Part shown: one piece after another, positions 57,520-64,000 of the stretch | Numbering within the stretch: position 1 is the first letter of the stretch | Layout of the letters: each line of letters starts with the position of its first letter | Assembly: GCF_009914755.1 (NCBI RefSeq) | Contig: NC_060942.1 | DNA length: 64,000 bases | Source of the DNA: the human T2T-CHM13v2.0 reference genome, Homo sapiens | Direction: 5' to 3' (one strand) | Made by a program: the position numbers and the translations under genes | The notes under the pieces: generated by a model | The model's input: only the letters and a program-made list of their open reading frames with translations | Databases searched by the model: none | Told to the model about the DNA's origin: nothing

Positions 57520-57835
57520 TCTTTTCTTTCTTTCTTTCTTTTTTTTTTTTTTTTGAGATGGAGTCTCACTCTGTCGCCCAGGCTGGAGTGCAGTGGCATG
57601 ATCTCAGCTCAGGCAGCCTCCACCTCCCAGGTTCAAGCGATTCTCCAGCCTCAGCCTCCCGAGTAGCTGGGATTACAGGCGCGTACCACCGCATCCAGCT
57701 AATTTTTGTATTTTTAGTAGAGATGGGGTTTCACTATGTTGGCCAGGCTGGTCTCAAACTCCTGACCTCAGGTGATCTACCCGCTTCAGCCTCCCAAAGT
57801 GCTGGAATTACAGGCGTGAGCAACTGTGCCTGGCT
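57520..57835 (-). mobile_element. Alu (Sx-like)
   Basis: TSD tgaccatatctt on both sides. Confidence 0.92.
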
Positions 57836-58278
57836 GACCATATCTTAATAGGGAGTTGGATTGCTTGCTTGATGGTAATTTGTGAGGTTAGCATTTAGGA
57901 TGCACTAATCACTATCATGCTGGTATAAACTGTGATGCTTTGGGTTGTGAATTTTTGGTATTTGGCTGTCTGAGAAGTTTTCTTTGTTCACTCATGAATT
58001 TTTTATTTAGCACAGATGCCTTATGCTTGCTTGATTTAGAACTGATCTGTTTTCCCTTTCAAACCTACCTACCAGGCTTGTCATAGAAAAAAAGATTACT
58101 GGCTATCTTATAAATGCAGAACTTCGAAGAACTGTTTACAGAAGCTGTAGGCTTTATTTATGCTGAGAAATGTTTCAGCAGTGATATTTCTCATATAAAT
58201 ATTAAATCACAATCTGAATCCCCTTCATTCCTAATCTTATCCATATTTGCTTTCAACTGTTAAGGACTAGAATTCTTA

Positions 58279-58890
<612 letters not shown>

Positions 58891-59436
58891 TCATTTCTCC
58901 TGTAGTTTTTCTTTCCTCTAATAAAGTTTTAGAGGCTGTTCATCTTTGCATTCCACATGTAAGGACAAATTGTGTTAAAATGGACAGGTTTTTATAAAAG
59001 CATCAAATAATTTCTTTTCATTCTTCCTATCGACTTCTACCAATTTTGTCATTCTCTTTTGGCTCTTAAAAACAGACTGCCTTTGGGTTGGCCTCCAGCC
59101 TAGTCTTATTCCATTGAAGAAGTTCCTGCTGCATAGTGTTCTTATTAACCTGACAGGTTTTCTGTCTATTTGAAAACCAGCTGATATGTCTGTGGATATT
59201 CCTGTAATTCAAACGTTTTATTTTCAACTTACGGGCTGTCTTCTTTCCCTTTCTCTGTTGCCTGAAAAAACATTATAAGCGTCCTCTCTCTTTTTCTCGC
59301 TATTATAACTTTATATTTTCTATACTAGCCCTTTCAAATTCTGAAATGTTTATGATTTTTCTAGATACTTTTCCTAAAATGTAAGTACCTGCATTCTTTC
59401 ATTTTACCATCTCTTTGTGAAAGTTTTGTTTTAGTT

Positions 59437-59740
59437 GGTTTTTTTTGTTTTTGTTTTTGAGAAGGGTCTCACTCTGTCACCCAGGCTGGAGCGCAGTGAC
59501 GCAATCTGAGCTCACTGCAGCTTTGACCTCCTGGGCTCAAGCGCTCCTCCTACCTCACCCTACCAAGTGGTTGGGACCACAGGCACATGCCACCATACCT
59601 GGCTAATTTTTTAAATTTTTTGGAAAGTGGGGGTCTCCCAGTGTTATCTAGGCTGATCTCGATCTTGTGGCCTGAAGTGATCCTTCTGCCTCAGCCTCCA
59701 TAAGTTCTGGGATTACAGGAGTGAGACACTGTGCCCCGCT
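59437..59740 (-). mobile_element. Alu (J-like)
   Basis: Antisense dimer. Confidence 0.85.
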
Positions 59741-60659
59741 GAATTGTTTTTTAATAAATAGGTTACTAATTGCTAAACTCTAACTTCAGACAAGCAGGCA
59801 TATCTTTATTTAATGCAGCTGCAAACTTCTATGATGTGTGTTATGTGTCCTAGATTAAAATCTGGCCCTCGGTATTTTCTTTTCTTAGCACATCGTCCAG
59901 AATTTTGTAGAGCTATTTGTCTGACTTTGCAGTTGAAACATTCTGATTTGATAGTTATATATTTTCTGATCCTTATTTCCTTTTGAATTTCTTCTTTCTC
60001 CTTTGGGAAATGTGAGTTCAATGCATCTGTGCAGAGTGAGACAAAGAATTCATTTACTTTCTTTTTACCAATTCCTAGCATTCCACTTGGATTTATTATC
60101 GGATGGTGAGGGAGAAAAAGGAAATCAAGACCTCCTGGTATATTTGCTTCACAGTGCAACCTATAGGAACTGGGAAAAAGAATAAATACTAAATGATTAA
60201 AATGTAGACCAGATTAGAAGCCCTATATCCTAAAGTTTTTGGGATTTTTGTTTATAGAAAATATAGGTTATAAAAACTGTTGGTGCAATTCTTCATAAAA
60301 CATTGTACAAGAAATAAAATACTGAATCATAAGGCTCATTACTGATTAGAAAATATTTAGGTACGAGAACAGCACAGTATATTTTTAAAATGAAATTTGA
60401 AAATATATGAAGTCAATGAAAGGTGATAGGTAAACTATTAAATTATATCAATTTGTATTTAAACTTCATGCAAGTTCTACATGGCCAAAACTCATGGAGT
60501 ACTGGACAGGGACAAATGAAACTTGTCATGAAAAGTACATTCTAGCAATCAAATTAATATAGCAAGAGGAAGACATTCTTAAAATGACAAGTTATAAATA
60601 ACTTGTGTATGACAGCAGAGAAACAGATTGAAAGGTTTCAAAGCATTGATAGTCTAGGA

Positions 60660-60853
60660 CAGTGGTTCTCAAACGTTGACATGCATAAAATTATCTGGAG
60701 AGCTTGTTAAAATACAGATTACTAGGTCCCACAACCAGAGTTTATAATACTGTAGTAGGTCTAGGGTAGGACTTGAAAATGGGATTTCCAATAAATTACC
60801 AGATGTTGCTGCTATTGCTGCTGCTGCTCTGCAGATCACACTGAGAACCATTG
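60660..60853. mobile_element. MER5A-like hAT MITE
   Basis: cagtggttctcaaac...tgagaaccattg inverted ends; 8-bp TSD gtctagga/atctagga. Confidence 0.8.
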
Positions 60854-63742
60854 ATCTAGGATGAGAAAGAAGGGGGGCTTTAAAAGTCATCACTTTTATT
60901 TTCCCACTAACTAAATGGTCAAAATACTGTGATTTGGGAATCTGAGATTTGGCCTCTTGAACTGTCATAGTTCATTTATCATCCAATTATCATTCATTAG
61001 GTTCTCTTGGAACCATGAAAGCTTCACTAGGTTTCCTTCATGGATATTTTTACAAGATAACTTTAATGGTAGTATTTCTTTACTGGTATACCTTAAATGG
61101 AAAAGAAAATACTAGAGATTCATAAGAAGATTGCGTGCATACTTTATTTTGATGTGTAGGATCTATGTGTTTTGAGAGACTTATTACTCTCTTAGTAGAA
61201 AGATGCCTGTTTAAAAAAAAAATAGCATTGAACTGGAAGTAAAGTATCTTGGATTCTAGATTCAGGCTGCCATTATCAAGAGCTTGATTTAATTCTTTGA
61301 ACTTACCTCTGTTTCCTCATATTTAAATGAACTTAACGATTCCTGCTCTGCTTATAAGATTGTCATAATTTAGGGGAAGGCGAGGCATAAAAGAAAAAAC
61401 CAGTAGTTTATAAACACTAACTGTAGGAACATTTAAGATAGATGTCATTGAGCTCTTAGATTTAGGTTTGAGATAGACCATGAATATGTTCTTTCTTTCC
61501 TTCCAGAGGACTGGAAAGAAAATGAGAAGAAAAAAGAGTGTAAGGATGACAACTGAAAAAAAAATTTTGTAATATAGAATAACTGTAGCACATTTATATT
61601 TTACACAATTTATAAATCAAATGTTATTGGTTTAAGTTAAAGAGAGAAGGTGTCTAATTGAGATTATGAGGAATATACCATTTTTTTCAGGAAGGTAGGG
61701 ATGGATGAGTAGGGTTGACCAGCAAGGCAACACAGTTTACGTATCAAATTCCAGGAATCTCAGATGTTCTGGACAGTGTCCTGGTATCATAATAACCAGC
61801 CTTAGTGGTTGGGAGAAAAAAAAATAGATTCTAAACTGTTTGATTTGGTGGAATGACTGCTAATAATTGTCTTTGAGGGCTTAAAAAAGATCTTGTATTT
61901 CGGTTGTGGTATCCTTGAAGTTAAGATAAGGTGGACTGGTGATTTTTTAAAAATTTGCAACTTGCTTTTTGGTTCCCTTGACTTAAGATTCAGCTGTTAA
62001 TGTTTAGTAGTTTTTTTTTCCTGTTTGTTTGTTTTGTTTATTTTAGCATTTAACCTTGCATTCCCTGGTAAACTTGATCTTTTAAGTAATGATTCAGATG
62101 TAATTATCAGCATTGTTAAGAATTTTAGAGTTTGATCCATGAAATTTTCCAAAGTATATCTAATTCAATTTAAATTTTTACTATTTAAAACATTTCCATT
62201 GTTTGGTGTTAGGGTTTTGTTTTTACCTTTATGTGTACTTAACGTTAATTGTGAAATCTAAGCAGGACATTATTCTTAGTTCTTTTATCCTGAGTTCAAA
62301 ACCTGGTGTGATACACTTTGTTTCTCTAATTTCTTTAGATTTTTTCATACATTCCTATTTGGTGGTGTGATTATTTTCATTGCTACTAACACTTTCCTTA
62401 AGCATGAGAAAGAAAAACATTTTTTGATTTCCCATATTGTCTATATCATAACTATCTAGATAAATTTGGTTCTTCCTGTTAAATGTGCCCCTGTTCCTGT
62501 CCAGGCTGTTAGCTAATATGAAACTTGGTTTATTCATTCTTCAGCTAGTACCTCTGATTCTGCTTAATCTTTTGGTTTCTGTTTTCAATAGTTTTTAATT
62601 TTCCTTTTATTCTTGAAAATTATGTGCTTAGCATCAAGAAGTACGTCTATTGAACGTTACCTCTGAGAACTTGTGTGATCTTCAAAGTAATTTCTTAATG
62701 TTTTTTGGGTCTTGATTAAAGGCTGTACTACCATGAGTTATACTTATAAATGAAGAGATGAGTACCTAACACCAGAAATAAAATAATCTTCAATTACTGT
62801 TGCTTAGTTGCCTTCTAAGGCACTACCTTGAATTTTAGAGACTTCTACTTCCTATCATAGAGACTGTGAAAAGAGAAATGAAGGCTTCTGCCTTTTTCAT
62901 TAGCCATAAAGGAAATAGCATATTCTTAAAAGAGAACCTCCCAAACCTGTTTGGTCTCTTTGGAGCAAGGTGTTTGTTGCTGGTGTTGGTGAGCAAGCAG
63001 TCTTACATTTTATTAAACAAAGGCTAGTCAGTATATAATATAACAGAAACCAATTGTCAGAATTCTGGCTATTAAAGAGTTCCAGTTAAGATGGAGTAAA
63101 AACACTTCATATTTTCTCTCCCACTGAATACAACTATAAAACCTGAACAGATGCATGGAGCAGCTATTTGAGGACATTGAAAGGTAAATAGTAAACAGAT
63201 TGGGGAAGAAGATAAGAATTCAAAATACTACTTGAACTGGTGGTGAGGTTGCCACCCTCCATCCCCTACCCCCATTCTTCCTACTGCTTGATTCTAGACC
63301 TGGATGCAATCACAGACGTGGGTGGGAAAGTGGGCTAAATCCCCAGCTTTCTGGCCAGGAGGAGCTCCAGGGAACCAGAAATTACTGGGAAGATGACAGA
63401 GAGGGAGGAGCTCAGGAAAGCAACCCCATGTGATTGTGTTAAACTCCTAGACCTACTCCTGAACTATACATTTGCCATATGTGGATCTTATTCTAATGAG
63501 CGTACCAAAGCCTTTAAGAACTGGACCAACAAACCACCACCAGATCCCAGATTGACCACTGGGGGATGCACAGGGCAGATCCAAATAACATTGCAAAAGC
63601 TTTGAAAACTGAGCTGACGTTGTAGCCAGAGATCACAGAAGTCACATTGGAACCTGTGGCTTGAACCTGTGTTGATTGCATGCTAAAACAAAGGTATTAA
63701 CATTCTCCAAAGGATTTCTAGAATACCCAGAGTTTCATAATA

Positions 63743-63968
63743 CAGTTGACATAGGTTTGAAGTGTACAGGTCCACTTATATGTGGATTTTTTTCAACCAC
63801 TTGTGGATGGAAAATACACTATGTGCAGGATGCAAAACCCACATATGTGGAGGGCTGACTTTTCATATACACGAGTTCTGCAGGACTGACTGAGAACTGA
63901 ATATACATGGATTTTGGTGTACCTCGGCATCCTGGAATCAATCCCCCATGTATACCAAGGGACGACTG
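63743..63968 (+). mobile_element. MER8-like Tigger-family MITE
   Basis: ta|cagttgac...gggacgactg|ta; internal gtccacttata, ggaatcaatccccc. Confidence 0.8.
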
Positions 63969-64000
63969 TATTCAAAATATTCAGGATACAATACAAAATC

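Overview
Primate (almost certainly human) genomic DNA lying entirely inside the TAF4B gene (germ-cell/B-cell enriched TFIID subunit, TAFII105), + strand. Eight GT-AG coding exons (probably exons 6-13 of 15; numbering from memory) at 2104-2193, 6032-6649, 12398-12533 (alternative start 12383), 13578-13683, 35353-35522, 41187-41317, 47130-47255 and 55290-55346 splice into one open frame. That frame covers the end of the TAFH domain, a T/S/V/P-rich linker and most of the histone-fold region. The rest is repeat-rich intron: about 45 Alus, L1/L2 relics, Tigger1, MER1B, MER5, MER8, MER58, two solo ERV1 LTRs with intact TSDs, a truncated U3 snoRNA retrocopy, a 17-bp VNTR and microsatellites. Most short ORFs in the track are Alu/L1 artefacts. 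I found no convincing wholly new biological system. The best leads are RNA-processing features of TAF4B: a candidate in-frame cassette exon, a junction-reconstituted GC donor, a 15-nt tandem acceptor, a stop-free circularisable exon and an intronic poly(A)/stop at the exon 9 donor. Repeat boundaries and family names are by eye and approximate.
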